Part shown: in pieces, positions 15,765 through 28,383 of the stretch | How positions within the stretch are numbered: the stretch's first letter is position 1 | Layout of the letters: each line of letters opens with the position of its first letter | Assembly (NCBI GenBank): GCA_010093705.1 | Contig: MU006095.1 | Coordinates: forward strand, 62,001 to 126,000 | From: Patellaria atrata CBS 101060 | Taxonomy: Eukaryota | Direction of reading: 5' to 3' | DNA: 64,000 nucleotides | Notes under the pieces: generated by a model | The model's database searches: none | What the model was told of the DNA's origin: nothing | The model's input: the letters and a program-made list of their open reading frames with translations, nothing else | Program-made: the position numbers and the translations under genes

Positions 15765-17408
15765 GGCTGGTCAAAGCAATTATGGGGCTGAGAAGAAGGA
15801 ATTGAAGGTTGTAGAAATCTCTGAGATATGAAGGAGTAGAGTATTGGTAGGGAGTTATGAAGAGGAGAGAAAAAGCAATGGAGTATGGATAGAAGGCACA
15901 AAGAGGAATTGGAGGGGAAAATGATGTATATATGGGGCAAGAGGGGGGGAATGAGTGTGGGAGTGTTCGAAATCCAGTGTGGCCCTCGGGACTTGGGAGG
16001 GATAAGGGAGTGAAAGCGAGCACCTCATGAAGGCACCATAAACTTTTCAGAGCACGCAATTTTAGCGCGGCTCGAGAATGTGAAAAGAACGCGATATGTA
16101 ATCAAGTTCTCACCAATGGGTATAAAGAAAAATATATTTACGAAATGACCCATTGTAAATCACAATCCATAATATGTGGGGGATAGAAAAAGAAGAAAAG
16201 ACGAATTGATGCTCTTTGATTAAAAATAATCTGGTCTCTTCGCACACTGTTCGCTCCATGTTGTCGATTTCTTTGACCTTGGGTCTCGGAAATACCCAAC
16301 CACTGAAAACATCTTGAACCCGATAGGAGGTTTCTTACAAAGCAGAACGAGCGTAGAAAGACAGAGAATGAAGTGTAAGCAATCGATGACGATACAGACT
16401 ATCATAACCTTGACTTATCTTGATGCTGTATGAGTAAGATACCTTACCTCAGTACCGATTGCGTGCTCGATCGTGAACCCTACACCCTTATTACCTAGTA
16501 TGCTGTTGTAAGCTCCCTGTCAGCCGCTTGATAGATACAAGTACAATACTTTTATATCTACGGTATAAATTGTGGACTGGGTAATGTAGCGGGTGGGTGA
16601 TAAATCGAACCGAAACGATCAGAGGTCCCGAATGCCGACCCACCAGACAAAGAGGTCGGAGACTTCATCATTCCATACTGATGAGAACGTCGGCCGGGTT
16701 ATACTCGCGAAGGAATGAGCGACAACGGTCGGTCTGCTGTCTCGCGTGGGCATTGAAAGGAGAAGAATAATAGCGAGGTGCGGACATTAAATGTAGCTTT
16801 GCTGGACACCAGAAAATTCGCATCCCTTGAAAAGATATCCGTGTGGGGAAAAGTCACTTCACGTGATGACTTCCCATCCATCAGTTCAACATCTTCCTCA
16901 ACTGGCACTACTACCGGTGATTCCATTCTGATATCTACCTCCCATCACTCTGCCACATAATTAGGTATATCGTCTAGAATCAATCAAATGCCTAGAGCAA
17001 CTAATATTGCCCTCGTCTCTAATTCATGCGTCGTATATAATATCTGGTGCAAAAATGGCCCTTAAACTTCATCCATGTACAACGACCTTCCCCTACCTGA
17101 TCGCCCCAAATATTCCCCTTCCTAAAATGTGGTGGATGATAGACGAACACCTCTACAAACGCCTTTACCCGCTCTCATCCATACGTGATGCAAATGTTGT
17201 ACAAAAAACGAGAATTTGAAATGTTGCCTTGCGTATTCAATCCGTATTCCAGTCGAGGTGAATAACTCAGCTCTTATTACTGGCGGGATACAATGTCGCG
17301 GGATTAGCTAGTTTTCGCGTCCCTCGGCCGGTTATCTCGACCTGGGATGAATATGGGAATATGTCTGAAGATGAAAAGAGACTCGGAATCTCCGGTTGCT
17401 TTGAGCCA

Positions 17409-19709
17409 TCAATCGAAAGCTCCGGGGATGCTGATGCTGAGCCTTTGCTCTTTCTTCTCTCCAGCATTGTCACCTTCTTGTACAACCTCTTTCCGCTCTA
17501 CGCCATATTTCCCCTTTTCAGATATCGATTCTATGACATTATCTCGTAACTCCTGTGCAGTATGTGCCTCGATGATTTCCTCCTCTTCCACCGGAATCGA
17601 GGGAGTGCAGTCTTCGTCCTTCTCTTCTATAGTTACTTTCTCAATAACCGTTCCGTCAGTTGCCGCGTTGCTTTCATCCGCACTAATTATAGGAGTCTCT
17701 TCTTTATGGATTCCATTAGATATTGCGGCAGCCGCAGCAGCACCTTCAACTGCTCTCCTTTCCAAACTCTTCCTCACTCCACTCCCTTGGAAAGTTGGGC
17801 TCCGAGGCGATTCCCTTGTACTATGTTGTGCTATGTAAGCTGGGACCACTCCGCCTCCTATTCGAGTCCAAAACATGCGTTCCCGCAACTTCACACTTTC
17901 TTCCCAAGCGGCCTTCTGTTCCTCTTCCGTGTCAGATCTCCAATGACCGTCCCTCAACATCCTTAGAAAACTGATATAGTCGCATGTAGCTCTCACACGA
18001 CCGAGACAGTAATCACAAAGCGGATATCGTTGAGCATCGTCATTCTCGCTAGTTCGGAAACGGTGTTTTCGCTTAAACGGTTCATTCTTGCGGTTCTCAC
18101 CACATAACGCACAAGCAAAGACGGGGCCATGGAACCGGCTGACCGGTGGGTGAGGCTCAACAACAAGTTTTCCGTCTGTCATGCTATTGAGAACACCCCT
18201 GCGCGCCAACCATGAAAGTCCCGGCGCGATGTCGAGGCGTAAGGTAGGCTCAATATCTTCAGCGAGAGCTCGCTTATAAAACTTATTGTCCTTGAGCGGG
18301 GGTAAGGTGACTGGAGCATCACGAGATGAGGGACTACCGTGCGCTCCCGGGAAAGCTCCAACCGAAGGGGAATGCGTCGAGGAGTTCAAGGATGTCGTTG
18401 AACCGTTGGATGGTTTAGGGGAGCCTGTTAACGCGCCTAAGCCAATACTCATCCCACCGAAATTGCCACTTGAGGCTCTACTACTAGGTGCCACAGATTT
18501 AGACACTTTAAGCAGTTCTTGAAAATCATCATATGCCGAAAGATCATGCCGTACGACTGGTGAGATGAGGTTGGAGAATCTAAGAGGATGATCGTACTGA
18601 ACTTCTTCTAACCCTACGGAAGTTGGGCTCTGGTGTGTGCCTTCAAGCAGATGTGTCACCTTATCCACAGGCATCATACCAGGAGTGGAAGGTGTTGTAG
18701 AATGATGAGTGCTAGCCTCATGCTCCTCCTTCTCTGCCTGTAGCTGGGCTATAACATCTTTTAATTGGTGCAACTGCTCCTGTTGCGACGTTAGAAGAGC
18801 TTCTGTATCTCTCAACTGACTCCTCAGTTGGTCGTTCTTGCGTTCGGTTGCTTCTGTCTCCTTTCTTGCAGCGGCCACCATCTATTAAAGAATTAGTGAT
18901 ATCCCAGGACGCTCTCCATAGACCTACGTACAGTATTCGCTTCTTCAAAAAGCGCAGACGTCAAGTTCTCCAGCTCTTGTTCAATAGCCTTCTTCTCTTT
19001 CTCAAGAATCGCATTCGTTCTTCTTTCCTCTACTAGCTCCCCTCGGTACTTCTGCTCCATTTTGAAGTAGTCCTCCTTCTTAATGAGCAGTCCCCTTGCA
19101 ACCAAATCCTTGAATGTCTTGTTTTCATCTACCAACAGCACAAGCCTCGCTCTAGCATTGTCGAGATCATGGCGAGCGGCTTGTAACGAATCGTCTAGTG
19201 TTGTTTGAACGTTGATCGAGTTGATGAGCTTCGTACTAAGCGTTGCGACCTCATTATTCAGATCAGGGTGTTGAATGGAGCCATTCGATTCAGATCTCGA
19301 TAGCGACGATGGGCTGGGAACCCGCGGATCTGGTATGGTATTCATGTCTGCGTTGTAAACGCTAATAGGAAGAATCTGAGGGGGAGAAGCTACCGTAGCC
19401 GCCATTCTAGGGAGGTGAGGAGTAGAGGAGGACTTTGTGACCTGCTTGGTCGAAGACGGAAGCTTTGGACTTCCTGATAGTGAGCGGATGGTCGTTGATG
19501 GAGGACGAGCCGGGGCTAGACTACTAGAGCCATGGCTCCAGCGTCCGAGGACGAAGCTATAATTGCACACACATTGTCAGAAAGAAACGTGGCTAGACTC
19601 TACAATGGGGCCCGAGACATGTGGCCGCTGCATGCGGTTGGGGTATAAGGACGGCAGACGCGTGTGAAAAGGTTCAGAATCGGAAGCTTTCAAAGACTTA
19701 CTCAGCCAG
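17409..19709 (-). CDS. SEC2: Sec2 Rab guanine-nucleotide exchange factor. The start is either a CUG at 19709 (see findings) or the first in-frame ATG at 19405
   Basis: Coiled coil with EQELENLTSALFEEANT|MVAAAR (intron 18882-18931). EDIEPTLRLDIAPGLSWLARR. CALC...CDYC zinc-binding pair and LRERMFWTRIG. Confidence 0.92.
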
Positions 19710-21170
19710 GATGTCGGCGGGTTCTTTGAGAGGTGCAGGTAGAAAGTCGGCTATGTACCAACAAGGGGCGGCAAGTTTCTTTGTTTGTATTCAATAGAGT
19801 GCGCTTATTGAGAAAGGCGCCGAAATAACAAAAAGTAAGGAAAACATTGGAAGAAAAGAAAAGGAAGAAAAAGAGAGGGCAGAGAAGGAAAGGGTTGGCG
19901 GAGGCGAATGGATTGTGGAGGAGATACTTGAGAGTAAGGACGACCACAAGAGACGAGATGACGGTGACGATGAGAAGGTTTGAGAGCTGAGTGAGAGCGC
20001 AGGGCTGCCTGAGGTTGATGGCTTGGTTATGTAATCGGGCACGGGCCAGTTGCTCAAGTTCACTTCCAGCCCAGGAGTGGAAATCGCGGAGCCTTTTGTT
20101 TTTTTCCTCACACTGTTGATCAAAGACCTCAGCGAAGAGGAAGTCGAGTACAGTGAGAAGAGTAATCTGATTTATCCATTCCACCCTGTGTACTGATTTC
20201 ATTATTCTATGCTAACCCAGTAAAAGGGTTGTGATTGGCTAAGGGGTTGGGATATACCCGTTAATCTATAACCAACTTGATAAAACATTACAGTACGTAC
20301 TGTACTATGCTGTGACCCCATACAACAAGAACAAGCCAGTTTAACCTACGGAGGAAACACAAACAATCCCGCCTAGGCTATCTCTGTGAAAATTTATACG
20401 AAGAAGGATACCCCCAAATGTCGTGGAACCAACAAATCATACACAGCCATCTCTCGACCGATAAAACGGACCAACGTAAGCCCTATGTTTGCCTCCACAG
20501 TTGCACTATTCAGTTGTGGGGTTTAGGGAGAGCTGATGGGAAAATATATCCGTATGGCAATGCACTGATTTAGAACTTTGTTTCAGAAGGTAAGGTAAGA
20601 GAGGTATTGTTCATGACCTTGATGATATTCAGTATGAGCCTGATCCGACTATCGGACACAATACAAGCAACCAGTACTTGTATACTATCAAGCTCTCCAG
20701 CTACGTAGGTAGCGAGATGCTCTATACTCCTTCAATCCTTCCTACCCTGTTCCTTTTTCCCACTTCACTTCATCTCATACCAACATCTCTCCACCCGTAT
20801 GCCATGTCGTGTTGCAAACAAGAATACACCCCACCTAAATATACAATAAGAAAGTTTCGCTGCCGTATGGAAACTGATCTAGAGTAGTAAGCAGCGCTCA
20901 TTATGCATTATACCGCCAAGGGAAATGTCGAAAAAGGCCCATGAAGGTTTCTACAAGTCCAGCCCGCGCGCCAAACTATGGTATCTGACGACAAGACGAA
21001 TGCATCGACGGATAATAAAGTAAGTCTAGAGAAATCCAGTATCAGAGAATATATTTACAATGTCGGATGGTGAATGAAATCGGAGGATAAAGCATAATGC
21101 CGAGTATGAAAACCGACGAAATGAAGGGAGCTATCCCATATCACTAAGTAGGTAGGTGGAATTATTCGTT

Positions 21171-23867
21171 TCAATTGCGAGAATCGCCGAAAATAGTCCC
21201 ATTTGGAACTCGAAATTGAAGGTCAATGAGGTTGATACCAAATCCATTGTCAAGGCTGATGTTCTTTGCACTACTCCCTAGGTTTTCGGTATTGGAGAGC
21301 AGGAATGATTGAAGTCGTGTTTGAGCCGTAACCGCTAAATCGAGATCTCGTGAGGTTTGTAGCACGAAGAGAACACCAACACGGGCAAAGTCTACAATAG
21401 TCTTGTTCATCGAAGGCACATCAGACAAGCTTGTACTGGTAGCCTCGGTCGAAATAGAGGCTGCTGTCCTTGATGATGCTGAGATAGCTGATGTTCGAGT
21501 TGCACCTGGAACGGTAATATCCGATGATGCTGCGAAAATGATACCGTTGCTTGTGACCGCGTCAGGGATCCCATCTTGTCTCTCCGCAAGTACAATTGTT
21601 GGTGCTGGCGTGATCATTGGGTTAAGTTCAATTGTCGCTGATGCTGAATGTGGACTCCGCAGATCAGGATCAGCCGCGAGAAGAGGTACTGCAAATGGCT
21701 CCACAGAGCGTCCAGACAAGCCATTGAATGTGACCAACGCATTTTCGGACTGGCAGCTTAGGCTGTTAGAAGAAAATAAGGAAAGTAGGAGTGAAGCGTT
21801 CAGCGGAATACTGAAGTTCTGCTGCGCATCTTCCAGTAGTCTAGGAATAGACGAGCCAATGGTCGCCTCGGATAGACCAGCGACGTTGGCAGTCGTACAG
21901 CCTGAATCCGGAGCAGTGGTACAACGATCTCCTGTGAACCCATTTGCACACAAACAACTGCAAGTGTTTCCTCCAAGGACTGTGCTAACACCACCATTTT
22001 GGCAGGAGACGTCTCTTTCACAAGCCGCCAGAGCACCGGCATTTCCGTTTTCTCGTTGTTTGGGAAGCACGATCAAGACGATAGGAATGACGACAGCAGC
22101 AGCAACAAGGAGGAGTAATATAATCATGAGGAGAATAAAGGCCCACAAAGGCATACCACAACATCTGCGCTTCGATCGACTGGTCCCCTCTTCTCCTTGC
22201 TCTGAAGCACTCTGGCCAATAGCCAGACCCGATGATGGCCATCGTGATATTGGACGAGTAGGAGTCATATTCCCTGTGGGAGTAGCGAGCCCGGGTGGTG
22301 GAAACGATGCTAGGATGTCGGAAAGTGACCCCGAACGTCTCTCTGGCGTACCCCCCTGTTTCTCGAAGTTTGGATCTATGAAAAGGTCCATACCAAGACG
22401 ACTCGCCGTCTTACCACGATCTAGGTTAGCCGCGAGACGGGTTGCGCGCCGAATGAGATCGGGTAAACTTGTTAGACTTCCTCTTGCTTCGGGATCTTTA
22501 ACGGCGTCGACGTCGAGCCGTGGTGGCCTACGATTACCTACGCGTTCGGCCAAAGAGCTTTGGCGTTGAGGTGACATGAAGTCCTTTGCAGTTTCGGAAT
22601 CGAGCGCACCGCCTTTCTCCAACCCTCCTATGATTAGCTCAACATCTCGGTCCACAGGGGCAGCAGGCGAACGGGACCGAGAAAATGGGGCCGAATACAC
22701 ATCGCCTTTTAAGAACCCTGTTTCTTTCTGCATCATGTCCAGCGTTTCTGATGAGGAGCTAGATGAATCGAGAAGTCCAGTACCTCCGCTTAATGATGTG
22801 GGTGAGCTCGTGTTCTCTCTTGAGGCACCTAATCCCGCTGCAACAGCTCCACCAGCTGCGCCGATGGATACAGCAGCTTGTCCAACGATACCACCTTTCT
22901 TACGCGATGCCTTGTCCTTCTCTTGGCGCGAGAATTCTCCACTTTTGGTAGTGACTAATGATGGCTTCTGTCTTCTACCAAGACTGGCTTGTCTGACCAA
23001 CCCCGACTGATCATTGTGATCACTTGCTCTTGAAAATCTTCCATCATCAGAATCTCCTGTGACTGGCGGCTCATCATCATCATCGGAACGTGGGGATTCG
23101 GCAAAACGAAAGTCAGGATCGGCAATTGGAATGGCCATGCTCGAAGCATAAGATTGATGTGAACGGGTACCTTCCGATTCTTCAACAATAGGAGAGACAA
23201 AGGATGCCTGAGAATAATAAGACGACGGACCTCGACGAGCTGATGGTGGAGGTCCAATGTTTGCACTTCGTCGGGCTTGGGCAATGGTCGGAACTGGAAA
23301 ATCAGGTATTGATCCTAGTGAGGACGCAGTTGATCCTCGAGAGGAGGTTGTAAGTGGTCTAGAATTACTCGGGGAGAGAAGTGAAGGTGAATAGGGATCA
23401 TTGTCCTGGTATATGCTCTGCGGTGATAATAGATCATCGCGTGGAGATTGCTGTTGACGTCGAGGTGAATTTGTGCTCTGGTTAGACAAGTCCAAAAGAG
23501 AGGGTACATAGTTCGGTCTAGGTGGTCGTTGAGGAGGTGGTCCTCTGTTTTGATCACGCTGGCGTGGCCGACTATTCGAACTACCCATATCTTGATCATT
23601 CGAAAGAGGCCACTGTCCGTTTGAAGGAGGTTGGGATAAGACTACATTTGGTTGACTTGAGTTTTGTTGCTGCGTGGAATACTGGGAGATGAGCTGGTTG
23701 GGACGAGATGGTAAGCCTATTCGCTGTGGGACATGGGGAGCGCTGGGTCCATTTCTGGCCGCATTCATCCGTTCCCTGGCGGCTCGAACAGAGCCTTTTG
23801 GTGGTTGAATCTCACTATCATCTTGTATCCTGCTAGGTGCCCCCACCGGCCGCTGGGGATAACTCAT
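21171..23867 (-). CDS. Uncharacterised 898-aa single-pass membrane protein with an EGF-like domain
   Basis: Intronless long ORF. Ser/Pro-rich N-terminus. TM segment LWAFILLMIILLLLVAAAVVIPIVLIVLP after KRRCCG. EGF-like C-x(5)-CQNGG...CSCLCANGFTGDRC. Confidence 0.88.
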   Translation of the reverse strand: MSYPQRPVGAPSRIQDDSEIQPPKGSVRAARERMNAARNGPSAPHVPQRIGLPSRPNQLISQYSTQQQNSSQPNVVLSQPPSNGQWPLSNDQDMGSSNSRPRQRDQNRGPPPQRPPRPNYVPSLLDLSNQSTNSPRRQQQSPRDDLLSPQSIYQDNDPYSPSLLSPSNSRPLTTSSRGSTASSLGSIPDFPVPTIAQARRSANIGPPPSARRGPSSYYSQASFVSPIVEESEGTRSHQSYASSMAIPIADPDFRFAESPRSDDDDEPPVTGDSDDGRFSRASDHNDQSGLVRQASLGRRQKPSLVTTKSGEFSRQEKDKASRKKGGIVGQAAVSIGAAGGAVAAGLGASRENTSSPTSLSGGTGLLDSSSSSSETLDMMQKETGFLKGDVYSAPFSRSRSPAAPVDRDVELIIGGLEKGGALDSETAKDFMSPQRQSSLAERVGNRRPPRLDVDAVKDPEARGSLTSLPDLIRRATRLAANLDRGKTASRLGMDLFIDPNFEKQGGTPERRSGSLSDILASFPPPGLATPTGNMTPTRPISRWPSSGLAIGQSASEQGEEGTSRSKRRCCGMPLWAFILLMIILLLLVAAAVVIPIVLIVLPKQRENGNAGALAACERDVSCQNGGVSTVLGGNTCSCLCANGFTGDRCTTAPDSGCTTANVAGLSEATIGSSIPRLLEDAQQNFSIPLNASLLLSLFSSNSLSCQSENALVTFNGLSGRSVEPFAVPLLAADPDLRSPHSASATIELNPMITPAPTIVLAERQDGIPDAVTSNGIIFAASSDITVPGATRTSAISASSRTAASISTEATSTSLSDVPSMNKTIVDFARVGVLFVLQTSRDLDLAVTAQTRLQSFLLSNTENLGSSAKNISLDNGFGINLIDLQFRVPNGTIFGDSRN

Positions 23868-26744
23868 CTTTCTTCCGCCTCTAAATGTTGGCTCTCACGG
23901 TTATCAGCCGCCCAAAAAAGATCGACTCCACGTTCCTAACTGCCGAACGACAGGTATGGAGTCACACCATCAAAATCGCGAACCAAACTCTCGGTCGAAG
24001 TTGGTGAATTACTGTTGGGTACTGAAAGATGTTCCCCGATACGGTGATAGACCAGTCGCCGCAAATGTTCTGCAAACACCAATATGGGGCCCCAAGTTTC
24101 AAAACAGCGAGTTGATTTTCATACAACTGTTGGTGGTCCGATCGTTCCAACGTTTCTGGTCTTCGATGTACGTTACAACCAGAGAGCTATCATGGAGTGT
24201 TAGAGGATGTTGTACGGTGATATTGAACATATCAATTACATGATAGGAAACCGAACGGCTCAGCGCTCACAACGAAATATTGGGAAGTCAGAAAGCAAGC
24301 TTGAGAACTTTAGTTCAATATAGTAATACAAACAGCCTTATGGAACCCTAAGTTCAAGCATGTTGTAGCTTGTAACAAATGGTGTTGCAGGACTCAAAAG
24401 CGGAAGAAGCAATCACTATGGTTTCATAAGAGCTGATATACATACCCATGACTGGATCCATATCACAGGTTTTGATAGTAAGTCAAACGGATAGTGTCGG
24501 AGATGACCTTGACACTTGAATATTTCTTCGAACGTATGTAAACTTGTGCGACTTGCGCATGCTCTTCGCAGTAATCCCAGAGAGCGTCCAAGGTTTTCGT
24601 TCTGCAATAAGGGTATCCGGACCTCGGGAATGGTTCGCTTTGGACGTACGAAGTTGTAATTATAGGTACAGAAGAAATGAACGACTGGTAGGAGAGACGG
24701 GAATCTACGTCGTCCTGAAGATAGTGGGAAAATCAGGAGCGTCAAGCTCAAGATTGCAAGGAATGGCAAGTAAGTGTACGTACTGTACGCTCGGTACCGT
24801 ACCAGCAGTGTATATATCACTGAGATAAGGGAAGACAAGAATAATGGAACTGGGAGAAAGAGGAGAAAGGACAGGCCGCAAAGGTCTGGAGTTGCTAGAC
24901 GGGAAAGTTACTTTTCATGGTGTGTGGTCGACTGGTCGGTGTAGCCTGGGGAGGCGTTCGCTCACGAATTTGACGACTCAAGGCGCTGAAGTCGATTGCA
25001 TACTGCACAGACACGCCAGATGGAAGCGAACAAGCCCCCTTCTCATGGTTCTAAGGCCTTTCTGCTGGAGTCAGCTGGGATCTTTTATCATCTTTTCCTG
25101 CAGTGCGGTACGACTTTGCTGTAATCAGCTCGTTTAGCGGACTTCTGCGACGCATGGCGAATTGGCGGGGTGATGAAACAAACCAGAGGTCACTGTCAAG
25201 GCCAATCACATATCGTGATGATGATGTCCCTTATTCATTTTCCTCGTCCACTTTTGCCAAACCTCCTTAAGCTCCTTAAACCTAGTTGTTTTGGATTGAG
25301 GGGCCGCTCTGCATAAAAGATATTCGCCTCCACCCTAAGCTCACTTTGGGTATCTTTAACTTCAATTTATGGTTAGTTATAAATTGGTCAATAATATAAA
25401 ATAGTCAGGTAAGGTAGCTTTACCAGATCTTTGTTGTTATGGTAGACCATGAATTCCGCTACTTCACCTCGCCTCCAAAGCCAAAAGTTTGTATGACAGA
25501 ACTTGGGTCGACAGTGACATGTTGCCTCTCACGAGAACGGGATTCATCGCTGCACAAGTGTCCCGATGCCTCCGGTGTGCGTCGTGTGCCGTGAGACTCG
25601 AGAGCAGAAACGTCTCCTGTAATCTCGCATGTTGACTGGAGCACACGTGCCACGGTTCACCACAACGTTCTGTCTCTACCAACTTTTTAAGAGGACGGTG
25701 AGAATGTAATGCATGACATAGAAACTTTGTAAAGACTAGAAAGTAAATCCCCTACCTTATTAGTACCGTACCGGATGAAAATCGTCTCTTTTTTTTCACT
25801 TTCGATGTGGTTTCCACCATTTCGTTCCTGAAACCTTGACATAGGTTGACGATGCTGCGGGTCTGTTACAAGGTACTACTACTATGCTGTACTGTACTGT
25901 GTTAACCCATGTGAATCGGAAAATATCTGTCGGGTGCGATTCTGCGACGCTGGGTTTAGGAAGTAAGCAGTGCGTAATTTCTTCGCCGGCTTTGCGGCTT
26001 TGCTACTTAGATTATCCTAGTGTTAATCATGACCCTCTCGTCACCGCTATGTCGTTTCATGCTGTACCTCTTAACAGAGACAAAATAGTTGATGATGGTA
26101 TTGAAGGAAAGAAAAGACTGTTAGGGTGCTTGTTTGATGACTTCAGTCTATCGCTGTAGTACTGTACAGGACATGTACAAGTACAGTGCAATCAAAACTT
26201 CCCGTGTCCTCGCCAAGATTGTATGCAATACGAAAATCTTTATACGAATTTCATTAGGCAGTGTCACTCATCCATAGTAGTATCTTGATATACCGTGCGT
26301 ACCGCGTTGACTTCTCCGCGTCTAGGGGATGCACCGATGTCGACTCTAGATTTACTGATATGCAAGTTTCGATATTGAGAGCTGAAAGCGATTCTGATGG
26401 ATGGTAGAGCAAGTGAAGTGGAGGATAATTAGGTGTAATGTAAGATGAAGGGATAGCTAGAGAGGGATTGTCTAACAGGACGGGATAAGGTATAAATCCC
26501 TGGCGAAAGAGGGAGACGCTCAAGACTCTATCTACAGTTCCCAATAAAGAAGAAGGATTCTCATTGACTACCTTAATACTAAATGCAGTGGAAGGGCAAA
26601 CTACCTTATCACAGTCTTGACTCATCTAGTCAACTAGTTACTAAGCTTCATAATATGACTTCTTCTCGAGAGACTTCAGAGTCCACACCCTGTATCTTGT
26701 GTTCGACCTCATCGTAAAGACTATGGCATTCTAGCCCTTGGTCC

Positions 26745-28383
26745 TTAGGTTTTCTTCACAAGTCCTGCTCTCTCAGCCAGATCCCTATCAACCATCACAC
26801 CTGCGATTTCAATCTTCTCCTTCGTGTTGGTCTCCGTCAACATTGTGCCTGGAAAACCATCAACACATCCTGGAACGTCTTCGACAGCTGCATCATGTTC
26901 GTCCGACTTTTGCTTTGATCCATCTCCTTGCACTTCATGGACGTTACCCTTCGTCAAACTATTATCTTCGATAACCTCTAAGGGTGCGCGCTCCTCCAGT
27001 TCTGTCGCTTCCTCCAATCGAGGCTCCGGGATGGTATCGGGAGCATGAGCTTCTACACGGTTCTCCATATACCTCTTCTCGCGCTCCGCTGTAACTTCTG
27101 GCGCAACTGCGAATTGCGGGTTGTGCCATTCGTCTCCTCCGCGTTCAACTTGTTCAAAGAAATCCAGTATATCGCCTTGAATTGTATGAAAGATGTTCTC
27201 GATATAAGTAGGTTCACCGCCGCTGAAGTAAGGACAGACCGCTCGTCCAGTGAGGTCAAGATCAGCTAAGTCCAAATCCACATCATCGAGATCAAAACGG
27301 GGCTTTTCGCCATCTTTTGCGTTATTCTTCTTTTCCGCGCGATAACCACGAACAACATTTACAACAGTGTTTGCGGGAAAGTCAGAAGTGACCCAAGCTC
27401 GAGCACGGCGGCCTAGAAAGTTTACTAGACCCGGATGGTTGAAGGCACCGACGTTTGTAAAAGGCTGAGTAAATGCCACAGCAGTTAGCTGTTGCCCAAT
27501 CTCATCGTCTTCCCCAGTAGTCAGTGAAAGCACAACTTAACAAATCATTTCTACTCACAATACTTTGAAGCAACACCAAGGAAGTTATCTGCTCCGTCAT
27601 TTAGGCCGACAACGTAGAGTTGCGCATCCTTATTCACATAATCAGGGTTATTGATGACCCTTTGGAATACGCTGCGAATATGCTCTGATGGGCTTGTATG
27701 TCCAGGGATGTTGTTGAGATTATCATGTTGCATATCGGATGGATGATATCGACTGGGCAATCGCTTGCAATGCCATGATAGATGTGTCATTGCTGCGTTG
27801 GCTTTGTAGGAGAAGACGAGCATGCCCGGGTTTAGGATAACAAAGCCGGGTGGGCCTTCTTGATCCGCGAGACGAGAATTGACATTCTTTATAAATCGGA
27901 CAAGTGTGCCTCCTTCAAGACCCCCTTCTCGCTGCAGATATCGGTGCGACGTAATTCCTAGGTCTTGGTAGCTATGGTTGATGATCACTATAACGCGTTT
28001 CTTTGACTTCAACTCATCATTTGGCGTGATCATAATGGGGAGATGAGGCTTATTGCGAGGTTTGTCAGTAGTCTCTTGAGGAAGATACAGCTCTTGTAAT
28101 CCGGCTTCTTTCAACCGCTTGTTGACTTCTGCGCGAACGCAAATATGAAAGGCTTCCCGATTCAATTCATTGGTCCGCTCGTCAGTACAAATGCGGAACA
28201 CATAGCCTTCTTTCGGATTCTTGATTTGTCGAATTTGGCTTTTAGCGTTCACAAAGTATCTCGAGTAAACCGTTAGTAGACGCCTCAGTCTTGTACCATC
28301 ACATAGTAGACATACCCAAGGCCCTCGAAAGTATCAGGGAATACGAGGTTCCTTGGAAGCCCCGATAGATGTCGACGGTACAT
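26745..28383 (-). CDS. Arb2-like (Argonaute-binding protein 2 / Arb2 domain) protein, 3 exons
   Basis: Spliced N-terminus MYRRHLSGLPRNLVFPDTFEGLG|YFVNAKSQIRQI. RVIVIINHSYQDLGI, PGFVILNPG, IPGHTSPSEHIRSVF, RARAWVTS and CPYFSGGE blocks resemble fungal Arb2-domain proteins. Confidence 0.75.

Noticed and set aside
15765..15940. N-terminal extension of MET16 suggested by the 375-aa ORF
   Set aside because: The ORF reads through the 5' UTR and intron. The real first exon starts at 15764 in another frame.
21403..23010. Long plus-strand ORFs (388 aa and 144 aa)
   Set aside because: They are antisense shadows of the 898-aa EGF membrane protein gene, with no recognisable motifs.
23956..26625. Several 60-140 aa ORFs between the EGF protein and Arb2-like genes
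   Set aside because: No motifs, many lack ATG starts, and the composition looks like promoter or UTR sequence.
27500..27560. Possible non-canonical TG splice acceptor in the Arb2-like gene
   Set aside because: A normal AAG acceptor 11 nt after the CTGAC branch point restores the frame (Y-DEIGQQL).
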